DNA of 62,519 bases, filler included, from Lenisia limosa (taxonomy: Eukaryota > Protista > Breviatea): the NCBI GenBank assembly GCA_001655205.1. It is 13 parts of 13 records of this genome, joined end to end, with 100 filler letters (N's around TTAATTAATTAA, not from the genome) between each part and the next. Parts side by side here need not be neighbours in the genome. Positions count along the whole stretch, not along the records: positions 1 to 15,520 come from LPNZ01004607.1; 12 more parts are not named here. One strand, 5' to 3'. The notes beneath the pieces are model-generated. The model ran no database searches. It saw nothing but the letters and a program-made list of their open reading frames with translations, and was not told the DNA's origin. A program made the translations under genes and the position numbers. Below, piece after piece: positions 1 through 13,735 of this stretch (its first letter is position 1; the number at the start of each line of letters is the position of its first letter).

Positions 1-3000
1 GCCCACACTCATGTGCCTCCACCTATTATGATGTGATTAACATCCACCTCACCGTTGCGGGCAACACTCAGAGCCTGTTCCGAGTCTGACAGGAGATTGT
101 GACGGGCGGCGTTGGCGGCAATACGTTCGCTTTCCAGCAGCATCTGAACGTCATCCTTGCGCGCCTCCAGCTCGGAGATCTGCAAGTAAAAGAACAATTC
201 ATCATCTATCTTAGGATAACACTATGCTCATTACAATCAGTATCACCCAATAGCTTCACTTAGATAAAAAAAAACCTTCGAGCGTTATCAAGAAGACTTT
301 TTGAAACTAAAGTGAAGCCCAGAATGAGTGATTGGGGAGAAAACGCTACCTTGAATGCCATCTCCTGGACACTGTCTTCAGCTTTGCGCAATTCTTCGTT
401 GAGGCTTGCCATATCCTCTTCATGCCTGACATTTAGCACATCAAGGTTAGACTGAACTATTAAATGGAATCATCACTTTGTTCCGAAAACACAGAAATAT
501 ACGAATATTACTCAAGGATTTTACACGAAGGCAATCATATATATATTATATATATAATATACATATATCATGTAGTACTACTATATAGTTTACTATACTA
601 TGTACATATACTATTATACTATATGTACAAGGTTAAAAGCCATCACCACAAACCTGATGCTTCTCATTCAGGATTTCCTTTTGTTCAAAGTACGTTTCCT
701 CAGCCGACCGCATGCATTCAGACAGCTCCTGAAGGGTCAGTAACAGATCTGGTTTTGGTCTTTCTTGCTTATTTTTACCGCCTCACGAAGCCTACTTACG
801 ATAGAGGGTTTTATATTTTGAAATTTGAGAACTCTTAAAAATTTATCATCATATTTCTTAGATTTGCGGTCTTTTGCTGAGCAAACCTGCTGGTGCTCCT
901 GTTGTGATTCAGAGAATTTTTCATTCAACCGCTCAATATGTTCCTCATACTAAACAAATGAGAGGTGTCGAGTGGTATTTCCGAGGATACAATACCTGGA
1001 GCTTCACGGGATCGAAAAATACCGGTAAAATATCGATAATTTTCGAAGATTTATCGAGAAATCCAGTCTTTTTTTCGAACCGAAGTGAAGCCCTAACAAT
1101 ATCTCATTCCATTTTGAGGTATCCCTACTTTGGAGGCGTTTTGCTCAGCCAGGTCTCTGTTTTGTACCGCAGAGGCAACAGCAACACTCAGTCTTGACAC
1201 ATGCTCCCTCACTTGGGCCTACATGAGGTAACCATCGTATTCATAATGAGCAGGTGAAATGTTCTTATTTCTACATAATATCACGTTTGGCTGAAAAGAA
1301 GCCAGTTTCAGCTTGACAACCGAATTAAAGCGAACTGCGGTACCTGTAGCCAAATCCCACCAACCATCGTATGTCTCCAGACAAGAACACCCTTCATCTA
1401 AGTTGTTGTTATTGTCTTCAGTTTAAACACAGTGTTGAATGTGAACTTCGCTAGTATCTATGGCTTCACTTCCGGTTCGAAAAAGACCAAGAAAATATCT
1501 GTCTTTTTTTTCGAACTGAAGTGAAGTCCTACCAGTATCACTTGACGAAGGTAGAGAAGCGTGATAGCGGAGAAGATAAACAACGCATACCGGCGAAAGA
1601 GGAACGGATGCTGTATAATGGGGCGAATTTGTTCCCAGTATAATGGAAGCGAGGTCCTGTAATGTTCTGCTGAGATCCTCTTGAACCATCTAGCAAAATT
1701 AGAGCTCAAATCGAAAAAACGTCGATATTTGACCAGTATCCCTATGTATTTATTTGTTTCCCAAGATTTCTAATGTATTTTATTTCTCAAAAAAACTGTT
1801 TGAAACCGGGTGAAGCATCCACTAAAGAAAAAGGGAAACAATTCAGACACAACAGCCGAAGGACCCCTCCCAGTAGTAAGAACCTCACCTGTAGTTCGTC
1901 TTTTGCAGCTGATGAGCGCTTCATTTCGGCAGCACGGGCCTCCTCCAGTGCCGCCTAAAACGGGTCAAAGGGAACTTCCTTGATAGGGATTTCTTTGTTT
2001 GCAGTAAAAGTATCAAATATCGAAAAAACAAACGCAACAATACATGTAGTGCAATAATTTCCTTTTCTCACTATTCTCAGTTGGCTGTTTTCAAGCTTTG
2101 TTGACAACTGTTGGATCTAAAATGGATTAAACGGAGGTAGAACTCAATAAGGTATTTCGTTTCAAAGACAATCATCGACTTTGTATCATAACTGTGGTTG
2201 TCTACATAACACACGTTGTCTCTTGACTGCGCGACTTCTTGCTGAGATTCACTACACTGACTCGAAAGAGTGGTGACTCGGCGATCAGCAGCAATAACCT
2301 AGATGCATCAACAAGATATTATCATCTATCTCTTGTTTCGAATTCAAACACACACCTTTATCATTTCCTTTCATACCTTGTCAGCTACAGACGCAATCGC
2401 GGATCTAAGTCTGAAGAGTGCCGCGGCCACTGTTGCTGTTGAACCCACCGGCGTGGCTAAACCATCAAAGGAGAATTATGATGATCATAAATTTTTATGC
2501 TCAGAGGATAATGGTGATGAAAAAAGGAATGTTTTTTTATGATTATGATGGTTAAAGGAAACCTCTTCAGAATATGAAAAGTGGAAGATGCCAGCACATA
2601 CTCAGTGTGACTGACCCTCCCTTTTCCAGCGACTCTGCCCAGCTGTCCATGCATGCAACCAGAGCTGTGGTTTCTTCCCCACTGCTTTCCATTCGCTTCT
2701 TGGCCTAAACAGTTGGAGAGTGTAACTCAAAGAAACAAGTAAGTACATAATTATTATTAGAAAGTCATCCCACGGAAGAGAGTTCAGCTTCGGCTTTGGT
2801 TGCCCTTCTGGTTGCCTCAAGTAGCTCTGAATCCTGCACTCGTGCTCTTTCTTGGACTTCTATAGTGGTGTCAAAAGTATTTTGCCTTATAATACCAAAT
2901 ATCCCATAGATAAAAAGATTCTTCAGAAAAAATAGAGCCAATTTTCCCCTATAGCTCCTTAATTGTTCAACCAATCCCTAATTAGTTCATAGGGATCAAC

Positions 3001-5180
3001 AAGAGCACCATTTCACCGAACACTTACCCTGCATTTTGTTCAGAGACTCCGTAACCGTCACTAACTCGGCCTCAAGTTCACTAGTTCGTCTGAAAAGTAA
3101 CAAGGAGGATCTCACTAAAGAATAAATCTTATGATGAAAATATTCGATAAAAAGAAATCAGAGAACTGCCCAGAACGCACCCTTCCAAGGTCTGGTTCAC
3201 AGCAGTCTTTGTTGCAACCTCCTCCTCCAATGATCGATTCCGCTCCGCCTCTTCAGCCACCATGGCCATTGCTGTAAAGTAAGCTGATTGCCCACATCTA
3301 AGGCTCTATATATACATATCATATATTAAGTTCTAAAAAGATTATCTCATTCCTCAATAAATATCGATTTCCCCCAGTTTTTTTTGAGACCAAACGAATC
3401 CTTATATAACAACGATCACTCGATCTTTGAGAGGACCTACAGTGTTGATAGTCTCTTTCCAACATCTCAAGATCCGACCTCAAGGACGCAACTTCATCCT
3501 TTAACATGTCAAAAGAGCAAAACGTCATAACAGTAATACGCAGTTAGATAATAAAACATATTATTTCCTTCATTTCCCCCACTTGAGCTAAAGCATGTGC
3601 TTGCACTGTTTCCTGTTGAAGTTGCGTGACATCTTGGGTGAAAATCTGAACGATCAATACAGCAAAGTCAATATCCGATTAATGGTGAACTGACCCGGAT
3701 ATCATGGGCAGCACCATAGAATGTTAGTGAATAATCCACAGCTGCTGCAGTATTCAAAATTTCCCACCTGGGCATCACTGGAACGCCCTTGCCGCTCGTT
3801 TTCCAATTCTTCAGCAACTGACATCATTAGTTAAGCTTCCAAATAATATGTAAATTCCAAAATGATGATACTCAGCTTCACTTTAATCGCACAAAAACTG
3901 AATTTGAGGGAACTCAAAGTAAAGCTGATCCCGCCAACACTTTGCCAGGTTCCTGTTTGCCTCTTCAAGATCATGAGCCTGGGCCTCCACCAGCGAAGAA
4001 AGGTCACTCACTCGGTCCCGTAACATGGCAGTTTCCTTGGCTCCTTCGGCCGCCAATCCTGATAGTTAGTACTGTGTTGAGATATGGAGAATGACACTAA
4101 GATATTATGTTTTGGGACCCACGAGATGTTTCATGGATCTGTGTGTCTTGCGAGTGTTGAACTTGCTGATGGGCCTAAAACGTAAACAAGGCAAAATCAG
4201 AAAAGGGCAACAGGCTACAAAATACCCTGTTAAATATGAGACCCTGGGGATTTTACCAGTTCATTTCTCTGGAGCTGTTGTCGCAAAGTATCCCGCTCAG
4301 ACTCTAACGACTTGACCTGGGGTATGTAAACCAGGAAACCATAATTGCCAACCATGTACTTTAGATACTATCATATACAAATAGGCCAATTAGCCCTACA
4401 AACTTTCTGGTTTTGTCTCTCAAGATCAGCACGAGTTCGAACAAGTTCGCTTTGATGCTGACGAATCTGAATTGTTACAACTGAACATATTCTGAGCTTC
4501 GGTTCAAACAAGTCATTTGCCCACAATGCCGTCATAGTCTTGACTAGCCTTGTTCTTTGCCCGAGTCACAACATCCAATTCACTGCGGAGGGCTATGTGG
4601 TGATATCGAATGAAAGACAATGTTCACACTGTATATTCTATTCTCACTTTTATCCATAGATCCCCCATCCTACTGGTTTCTCTAGTCTGGATTTCACGCA
4701 GACGAACTGCCCATTCATCTGAAAAAGTTAACAAATCTCCTCTGACATTTGCCCAAACCTTGCCGTCTTGAGAGCTGTTCCACTGCTCGTGCTTCTCGTG
4801 CTTCAACACTGTTTACCTGTCTTGTTAGTTTCATTTTAAACACCTGTTGGTACGACTATTATCATATCGCAAACCTGCCCTTTGAGTCGCGATACTTCAT
4901 CCTTGAGGGAAACCAGGGCTGATACGTTAGAAATTATGAAATAGGCAATAAGGTACTCACTGGGCCTCAAAGAGATAGCTGAAGAGGACAAGTGTGTTTC
5001 ATACGGTTGGGCAATTTGCGTGTATACTGAGGAATCGAAGGTATCCCCACCCTAAACCAGTTATCTTATATTAAATCCTTCATTTAAGCCTGTTAGCATA
5101 CAATTCGTCGCTTCATTCGAGAGCTCATTAACGTTATAAACGGTTCTGGAACTAATAACTTCAAGTAACTTGACACTACA
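1..5180 (-). CDS. Large multi-exon coiled-coil protein, unknown function (3' end outside window; boundaries approximate)
   Basis: Many GT-AG bounded minus-strand exons encode heptad-like E/L/K/Q-rich peptides, e.g. ISELEARKDDVQMLLESERIAA (9-180), DLLLTLQELSECMRSAEETYFEQKEILNEKHQ (~656-752), YEEHIERLNEKFSESQQEHQQ, AQVREHVSRLSVAVASAVQNRDLAEQNASK. Confidence 0.6.
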
Positions 5181-5608
5181 TATATTTTTGGATCTAAACA
5201 GACCAAACACAGTCAGAAACAAACAAAAGCAAGTTAAATATCTAGTTGCCAGTATGTATCCCTATGTTATATTATTTATATGAAAAATTTTGGGTGCTCG
5301 CATAACAAACACAACAACAAACAACTCGCAAACAAAAAGAGCTGGATGGCAAAGGCGTCATAGTTTGTTGTCTTTGTGGTGACTTCAGTATGCCCCACCC
5401 AAAAAATGTTGGTCAATTGTGGAGGGTATTCCTTATTGTTTTTTTATATGTAATAACGTAGACAATCCACCGCCACAGTCGCAACGCATCATTTGACGTC
5501 CATCTCCTGGTTTTTTTTGGGGGGGGGGGCACGATATTTGATTTGATATGGCACAATGATGTAAATGTGAATTTTGAGGGTAGGAAGTTTTACAGAATAG
5601 AGAGAAGT

Positions 5609-8600
5609 CATGTCTGCCTCTGAACACAGTGAAAAGAGTCCTCGGTGAGCCTGTCAAATATTTCTTACCTTGAAAAGGGTCAGATGAAATAATACATTAA
5701 GTAGTTCTTCTAGTTTTCCCACCTTCTATGTCTACAAATAATCAACTTTCAGGCGGTTTGAAGACCCCCTCATTGAACAGAACCCAAATCCAAGGTGTGT
5801 ATTTTCACTCTAAAGCCCAAGTGTATTTGAAATGCACATTTATGCGATATGAATAACCAGATATCATGCTTGAGAAGTCAGTTTATCAACTACACCTCAC
5901 AATATAACTTGATAAGATTATTGGTGTATTGTGTAAAGGAGTCTCAGTGCTGTTAACTATTTCCAAAAAATATATATATGTTATATATCAGAGAGTATAT
6001 TTATATATTTAGCAAGTATGTATAATAGTAGTTTATTCCCCTTTGATCTTTGACTCCTTTTTGGTATGCTGTCAGGTTATTCCCCCCATGTAACGGAAGG
6101 CAATAACGAATCACTAACACGCAAGTACTATCTTACACAATTGAATAGTATATTTCACAGCGTTCTGATTTTTTTTACTGATAAACCTGGTGATATTACT
6201 CTTTTCTTAACCGTCTCGTGATCCTTTTACAACCCAGGCACCTTCGAAAACCCTCCGAGCTGCCCGGCGTGTCCTTTTTAACGGTTTTCTTGTTCCTGGC
6301 ATTCCCCATCATGATGTTTCTTTTGTCAAAAAAATGTAAGAATGGATAATGTGTTTTTCAAAATGTGTTATGAGTGTGGGTATTTTGTGACGTTGATTAG
6401 TTTCGCACCAAGGTTTGATCCTCCAATTTGGACAGCGCCCACAGATGACAGAATGGTCTCGAGCAGGCTTGAAAACCGTACGTCTGGCTTGATCTTGTAT
6501 CATTTCTAAGTTGATCTTCTTTTAACCCTTCTATTTCTCTAACAGTTTTTTATTTAGGTTTATTCCTTTCAAGGTAAAATAGAACAAACCCCGTCATATC
6601 TTATCATTTTTCGTAATTTGTAAATATATATTATATTAACGCTTCAGGGGGGTGAGGATGTTATTGTCTTTGTTGGGGCTTCCAGTAACCCGGGTACTGT
6701 GCAGGTGAGAGTGAATCGGTAATAAATAATGGATAGTATTTTATAACTCCTATTGTACTATTGTATTGAATATTTTTTGTACTATCTGTATTGGTAGCAG
6801 TGTTGTTCTATTCTTTAATAATACTCAGGTTGCCAAGATTGAGGAGGGAGCTTTTCATTACAGGACACTATTACCAGACCAAGAGGTTTGGATTGATTCA
6901 GTATGGCTTATTCTTCAAGGCATTTACCCCTGAAGTTTTTCCTTTCTTTGCAGTTCCTTCGGGGTCCATGTCCATTCTTAATGGGGGTGCTCGAATAGAG
7001 GCTGGCTATTTCTCCCTCATCGCAGGTTCCGGTAGGTTTCGAAGTCTTTTTTTCTCTTTGATATAAAAACAATCAACTATTCCAGAAAGGAAGGTTACTG
7101 TTGAATTTGATTCGGTTTTTGAGATCCCTCCTGCAGTCTTCCTCCAGGTATGTCAAGGTACTCTATTTTTGAGTGCTTTCTTAGGAATAATACTTAAGAG
7201 TGTTTTTTGCGATTAATAGTTGAATTTTGGGATTATCAGATAAAATGAATCATATTTAATCGTTCCTTTTCCTGACGACCGTAGGTTCAGCATTCGCACA
7301 TTGATGACAAGATGGTACTTCCCCCAATTATTGAAGTGGTCAAAGTGACAGAAGCCTACATAACAGTCCAACTCATACGACAGGAAGGGGTGAGATAAAT
7401 AATTATTCATAATTTATTATGTTATATTACTTTTTGTGTTTGGAAGACTTGAATAGGACATACTATATTTCATATCATACACTATGTATGATTAGGGCTT
7501 CCCTACGGTCCGAAAAAGACCGTCAAAATATCGATATTTATTGAGAATTTATGGGGAAATTCAGTCTTGTTTGGGACCGTAGGGAAGCCCTACATATGCT
7601 ATTTCATGTTGTATATGGTTGCTAGTGCGAAGGACAAGGTTACAATATTAGATAAACTATCAATATTTATCAGATTATTTCGAGAAATTTCGTCTTTTTT
7701 TAATAAACAGAGCGAATAATGGGATGAACTGTTGTGAAATGAATAGTGGCTAGAGTCTTCTTTTTTTGAGAGTGTTACTTCGTTTCATCCTGGGCAGAAA
7801 GCACTGTTCCATTCGACCCCCCAAGGAAGTTTCAAAATCGGGTGGCTTGCGCTCCCGCGTGGAGTGGATATCGGCTCCATTTCACTTTCGGCAGTTGCAG
7901 GAGGAGTTGAGGTGATTTTTGATGCAGTAATTCATATCGAGGGAGTTCTCAATTTCACACTCCAGCTACCTCATGATCCAAAGCCGACAATTGAACTCAC
8001 ACTCGAACCACGAAAACACATGCCTCCCCTCTTATTTGCCTTCCCCCATCAGCCTTCTTTACTTGGTTTGTGATATATAGTTGAAATGTCCTCATTTCAA
8101 CTCAGCGTCAGGTCGTGTCAACCATGTCCAATCCGGGGAAATGCTCAGCGACCACAACAGGATAGAGGTTGGCTCAGTTTGGAACATTTATTAGTTATAT
8201 GTATGATTTCTCACCCTATAGTTGTTCTGGGGGGAAGATGAAGATTCACCACCAAGCAAGGTTTTTTTGGGGAAGGTAATATTTGGTATCTTACTCGCAT
8301 GGCTATATTCATTGATTAGTAATTCTGTCATTTGAAACCACATGCAAGTTCAAGAAATGTTACCTTTCTAGGTCAGTGTGCTGTTCGCCGAAGCTCCGGG
8401 GTTGCTCAGAGCAGAAGCAGCGTAGTTTTTGAGACTCTGAAATCGCCAAACAATGCCAACCGCTCTTGGAGGTACTATTTAAAAAGGTTTCCTATCCTTT
8501 AGATTCTATGGAATTTTATTATGGTTCAGTTTTGGGTTCCTTTGATAGTGTTTCAGTCCGTAGTGGTGCCTTTGTGAGGAAAGTGTGATTTTCTGAATAG

Positions 8601-9155
8601 TGGTGGTACCAGCTCATTACTGGCTCATTGTGGCGAGATCAAAGTGATCTGTTTGATAGTCGTGTATCTGTCGTATGGTAACTATGACGGTATTTGAGCA
8701 AAGGCGGATTTTAGCTGTATTTTAGGATAGAAATATTGTAGTAATAATACAGTCATGGTGTATGGGATTGTTCTCATTGCTATATTTTATATGTAGCAAT
8801 GTAATTCGGCAATGACTGAATATCGTTAAATATAAATAGAATTCCTCAATTACTCTCCCCTTGTTGCCACAACTCACTCCCAGCTCCCTCCTCCACAAGA
8901 TTACAAGGCCAGCACTTTAGAATTAGACTGACAGAACCAAAAGAGGGCAAAGGAGCAAAGACAAGACTTGTTTTTTTTGCAGATCCGACGATCTCTGAAT
9001 ATGGGAAGGCAACCTTTTAATCTTGATTGGTATTCTTATAATAAAATATGGTATCATGTTTCAAGGCAGGGATGAGGTAGAAGAGATCTCAGCAATCAAG
9101 ATAGACAAGACAACATTATTCGGTTGGTGCATCCCTAGGAATTTATTTTTTTGAT
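5609..9155 (+). CDS. Multi-exon uncharacterised protein with a weak H-type-lectin-like segment (boundaries uncertain)
   Basis: Spliced exons give FAPRFDPPIWTAPTDDRMV, VAKIEEGAFHYRTLLPDQE, AFTPEVFPFFAVPSG, RKVTVEFDSVFEIPPAVFLQ and VQHSHIDDKMVLPPIIEVVKVTEAYITVQL. The V-x-F-x(3)-F-x(2)-PP-x-V pattern resembles H-type lectin repeats (judged by eye only). Confidence 0.4.
7493..7592. mobile_element. Family B MITE, best copy (96 bp, TA-flanked). Other copies: 999-1095, 1459-1531, 11978-12068, 18325-18424, 23865-23960, 25201-25293, 49742-49840, 50494-50574, 50700-50786, 51749-51833, 57375-57461, 59565-59660, 60373-60425, ~60480-60535, 62318-62409
   Basis: TA|GGGCTTCCCTACGGTCCGAAAAAGAC...GTCTTGTTTGGGACCGTAGGGAAGCCC|TA, with ~26-bp TIRs and a shared core AAATATCGATA...TTTATCGAGAAATTCAGTC. 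Confidence 0.9.
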
Positions 9156-9193
9156 TAGGAACGGGATTCAATCTGAAGGCTTTCAAGTTTAAA

Positions 9194-9265
9194 GGCCGCG
9201 TGGCCCAATGGAAAGGCGCCAGTTTCCGGAGCTGGAGAGTGCGGGTTCGAGCCCCGTCGTGGTCG
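9194..9265 (+). tRNA. tRNA-Arg(CCG)
   Basis: GGCCGCGTGGCCCAATGGAAAGGCGCCAGTTTCCGGAGCTGGAGAGTGCGGGTTCGAGCCCCGTCGTGGTCG folds as a cloverleaf with anticodon loop TT-CCG-GA and GTTCGA T-loop, followed by an oligo-T Pol III terminator. Confidence 0.93.
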
Positions 9266-9471
9266 TTTTTTTTACTTGTCTTGTTTTTTCTGCTGGTGGG
9301 TTTTATTTACCGGAAGGTTCTTTCGATAAATAGTTTTGAAGTAATATTACCCAGGACTAACAACGAGGATTCAGGAACCAATTACAAAGTTAATCTGTTA
9401 TACAATCCATTTTACTGAAACAACCATACTACACACATATATATGAAACAACACAACTACCTAACAGCTGT

Positions 9472-12400
9472 CTAACAGTGCTGTGCAATGTTAACACAGG
9501 CTTGACGACAGATGCCAACAAGGGAGGACAGTTGGATCTAAACGGTCAAATGCTTGTCAATGAATTGGCTGAATGTTTTCAAATACATTTAGCTGAAAAG
9601 TAATGCATTCGTTTGGGATATGGATTTTGCAATAAGATTTAGGAGGACAACGTCATGGTATATATATCATACCTTCTCGTTAGACGCGACACACAGACGA
9701 TCCTCAAGGTCGGCGAGTTCTGAAAGAAGGTGTGCCTTCAAAGTCAAAATTTATGCCAAATGGGGCTTATATCTTTTCCAAAAAAAATGACAACATTTAC
9801 CATTGTTCCAAATCTCAACCCTCACTCTTGGAACAACAGGCATTGCGCATTCACCCGGGATGATTCTAGTGTCAGTAAATATCAGGTTAAAAAATGTGCA
9901 CTAGATCAATACTGTGTTGTTGAAAGTATTTATTCCCCTTTCATGAGTAAAGCGGGATTCTACCCAAATCCACATAAAACAGAATAAAAACACAACCCAC
10001 TTTGCATGAAGTTCCCTCACAACATCGGCCAAAGCAAGACCCTTATCCTCAAGCTTTTGTGCAACATCTAAACATATGAACAGTGTTATTCATATCATCA
10101 TTAAAACTGATAGCTAGACTTCAGTACCCACAGTTATAGGCCTCATGGAACTCAGTGTTAAACAGTGCATGGAAGATCTGATCAATGATCTCGGGGGTTG
10201 GTTGGCCAACACAGTCATAGACTGCTTCCACACTGATATGATCCGCCGATAATGACGAGGCCTAAAAGTCAATTGCCATCATTATCAATGAGAAAAAAAG
10301 TAAAGCGCATCTGGCCAAATCCCTCATATTTAAAATGGTTATATCTCGGCCGAAGCAAGAACAAGTCTTTCTCAAGAGACCAACCTGCAGAACGTTGATG
10401 GCTTTTCTCATATCTCCATCACTAATTCGGACCAATCCATCAACAGCCAACGGATCAACCTTCAAACTAAAACAATGAGTGTATTACTATTTCTTTTGAG
10501 ACAATTGAATCCAACTACCACCACTTTACTCCCATAACAGTTCCAATACCTACTTTTCAGATTTTACGATGTCCTCAAGTCGGCCCTTGATGAGGGACTT
10601 TTCAAGAGGCTGGAAGCGGAATCTGAAGGTCAGAATAGAATTCAATATGAAACACAAGAAACACAGTGCAAAAACTGTTAAAACTGTTAAAACTGTAAAA
10701 ATCTCCCTTTGTATTACCTACTTTGTGCATCTGGACTGAAGAGCAGGAATGATTTTGCTCACGTAATTACAGCACAAGCAGAACCGTACATTCTTGGCAT
10801 ACTGTTCCACAACTACGGCAATAAAAATGTTTTCAACTCGACAATTCTGCGATAATTTTGTAAAAACTATCAAGCAAGGAACAAAATGAACATAAAGCCG
10901 TTTTCCTAAATCCCATCCGACCTCTCCTCAAAGAGGCTTGCGCATCATTTGTCATGTGATCTGCTTCATCAAGAATCACCAACTTGTATCCTTTTGACTC
11001 CTTGGTCCTGGTTGGTTAATGATGGGTGTGCAGATCAAGGTTCTTTTCTCTTTCTACCTACGCGAAGAGTTGTCGAGTAGATGAGAAAGTTTTGATTTGG
11101 TTGCGGACTACATTAATTCCTCTGTCGTCGGAGGCATTTAGCTACGGAATAACAGATTGAAGAGAAACAGTTGAAGAATCAAATACTACAAGCCCTCTTA
11201 GAATCAAAGGATCTTGCCAGCAGCTTCGTTATATCAGAAAACAAAAAAAGTTAGATAATACAATCATGAAAAATATATATACCGGTTTCGCCTCCATAAC
11301 ACAAGAAGGCTGACCGTTTTGTGGCTCCTTCAGGTACAACGTATCCCCCCCCCCCNNNNNNNNNNTGTGTGACGTTGCCAAATTCCCGAAGTGGCGTGTC
11401 CCTGACCAGGTCAAAACCCTTAAGGTGATCGGCTTTCAAGGGGACTGGGTCCCTGTGATTAATACGATTGAATTTAGATGCATTTTGCAATACAGTTCTC
11501 ACACTTTCAGTCAGTTCTCCAAGCCTGGCAGAACGAAAACACAAAGAAGCCAAGTGACATGTCTAATACCGTAAACGGGAGCAAGGGGCTGTGTTCTATC
11601 CTCTATTTAGTTCTCATATTCCTGATATCTCTGAACCCCTCATCATGTGTAGGAAGCGTACAAGGCGCTTGAGCTTGACCCCAAGAAGGAGTACACAGAG
11701 AATCAAATGAGAAAGGCCTACTACAAACTAGCCCAGGTGGGATCCATTTCCGCCTTTGAAATAGACATTAATTGTGTTCAGTGAAGACAATCGTGTAGAT
11801 TGTTTTGCTTGACAATGTCTGCTCTTACCTATTAGATCTACCATCCGGATAGGAACCCCGAAGGACGTCCCATCTTTGAGAAGATCCAGAAAGCCTACGC
11901 GCTCCTCACAGAGGTCTGTTTGCTAGAGCATTTTGTACCGTTGTGGCCATCACACTACACTCAGCATGGATGTTAACTAGGGCGTCCCAAAATAGACTTA
12001 ATTTACCGATAAATTCTCGATAAATATCGATATTTTGACGTTCTTTTTCGGATCGTAGGGAAGCTCTAATGTTAACCTTGATTTTTGATCCATACTTTGC
12101 ATTTTTGATGCCCCAGGCAAGAGCCGCTGAGAGATCTGGAGAAGTCAAGGCTGGAGGCGGCCCGTCACCCTTCCACTACGACCTCATTCTCAAGGCCCAG
12201 GTTAGAGGTCTTTGACTTAACTGGGCATTAGCAGGGAGTTCACATCATCTGTGGGATATCTTTTTTTAAAAAAATGTTATTTTTTTTTTTTTTTTTNNNN
12301 NNNNNNACCACCCAACCTCCAGAACCATACTGGCGAAGTTCTCCTTGTAAATCTCACGAGCACAGGCCACAATGGTGGAGGTCTTTCCGGTTCCTAAACA

Positions 12401-12793
12401 GTGAAACAGAGTGTGTTATCCTTTTAGTATCTTGTGTGTTTGTTGAATGAAAGTGGTGAGCGATTGAATCACCTTGATTTCCAAAAAAATATAATCCGAA
12501 CCAACGTACCTGCTGGCCCGTAGAACAGAAGATGGGGCAGGGCATTTTGTGAAATCAGCTTGCGGACTAGAACAATGACAATTCACCAAAAGCACAAAAG
12601 TTGAAAGCGAAGACATCTTTGAATGAATGCCCCCCCCCCCCTTCCCCCCCTAAATTCAGCATCCCTGTAATCATACTTGTATCCACAATGTCTTCGTGTG
12701 AGATGACGTCATTGAGGCTTGAAGGACGATACTTCTCCACCCTAAAGATTCGAAAACAATTAGAGGGACCGCCTTTTTGACCTACCACATCAT
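9472..12793 (-). CDS. RFC5: Replication factor C small subunit (human RFC5 / yeast Rfc3 type)
   Basis: Spliced exons: [115 protein letters not shown], ending IQLSSLVGICRQACVNIAQHC-TAG. Confidence 0.93.
11366..12200 (+). CDS. DNAJC13: Internal fragment of RME-8/DNAJC13 (four exons including the J-domain), between two 10-N gaps
   Basis: Exons CDVAKFPKWRVPDQVKTLK / SVLQAWQNENTKKPSDMSNT / EAYKALELDPKKEYTENQMRKAYYKLAQ / IYHPDRNPEGRPIFEKIQKAYALLTE / GGGPSPFHYDLILKAQ match the RME-8 central J-domain region (HPD motif) in order. Confidence 0.85.
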
Positions 12794-13031
12794 GTTGGAT
12801 CTATCTTTATTAGAAAACACGCTCATTGTGGTAATATAGGTGAAGAAGACTTGAATAAGAGGTGAACAACTTAGTACTATTTCACAGCAGTTAGGTTTTT
12901 TCAACTATATTATAAATTAATATTTAATAAAAAGCTAATAGCTAATTAAAAAAGAGAGAAAAGAAAACGGTGAAAACTGGAATACAAAAATAACTAAGAT
13001 CGGCTTCAAAAAGTAAAGACCTACTTTCGTA

Positions 13032-13084
13032 GCATCGCTGGTTCAGTGGTAGAATTCGACGTTGCCATCGTCGCGACCCGGGTT
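13032..13084 (+). tRNA. tRNA-Gly(GCC), 3' end lost in an N gap
   Basis: GCATCGCTGGTTCAGTGGTAGAATTCGACGTTGCCATCGTCGCGACCCGGGTT then NNN. D-arm, anticodon stem CGACG/CGTCG around TTGCCAT and the start of the T-arm are present. Confidence 0.85.
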
Positions 13085-13735
13085 NNNNNNNNNNAAGCAG
13101 AATAGTGCGCGCCACGAGGGCGTCGTGTACTCCCCCACCTCTGGCTCTGCCTGCCTTGCCCAGCCTTGCGTTCTTTCACTTTTCCAACGATTCAACTACT
13201 AGTCACAACTGCGCCAGACCACCCAGACGGAAAGCATCCCCCCACAACACAACACAACCTCTCGCTTCTTCCCTTCCCCAAATCTCCAAGGGCACATTTT
13301 CCGTCAGTGTATTGATATATTAGAGGTAGGTCCCGTTGAGATGGCAAGGAGCATCATGTTTTTGTTTCTGATTGCTACAGAGAGTGATTGGAGCGACTGA
13401 GGAGCGTCTATTACTCTGTAGTTTCAGGAGCAACCCCGCAAAATGAATAGTTTGCTGTGTCTTGGTGTTGATTCTCCTCTTTCAATTATTATTTCATCCA
13501 TTTATGATTTATTTTTTTGTGGATAGTTTGATTATAAAAATCACAAATGATTATTTTATGTTGAATAATGTTCATTTACCTTCATTTTACTNNNNNNNNN
13601 NNNNNNNNNNNNNNNNNNNNNNNNNNNNNNNNNNNNNNNNNNNNNNNNNNTGCGGCAAGCCAACAGAATTGATTTTGTGTTATTTCTCATTTTTTTCGTT
13701 TCAATTCCCCCCTCCCCAGCAACAGCAAATGTGCC

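Noticed and set aside
7493-7500. TAGGG/CCCTA ends of family B as telomeric repeats
   Set aside because: They are single units formed by the TA flank plus the TIR, not arrays.
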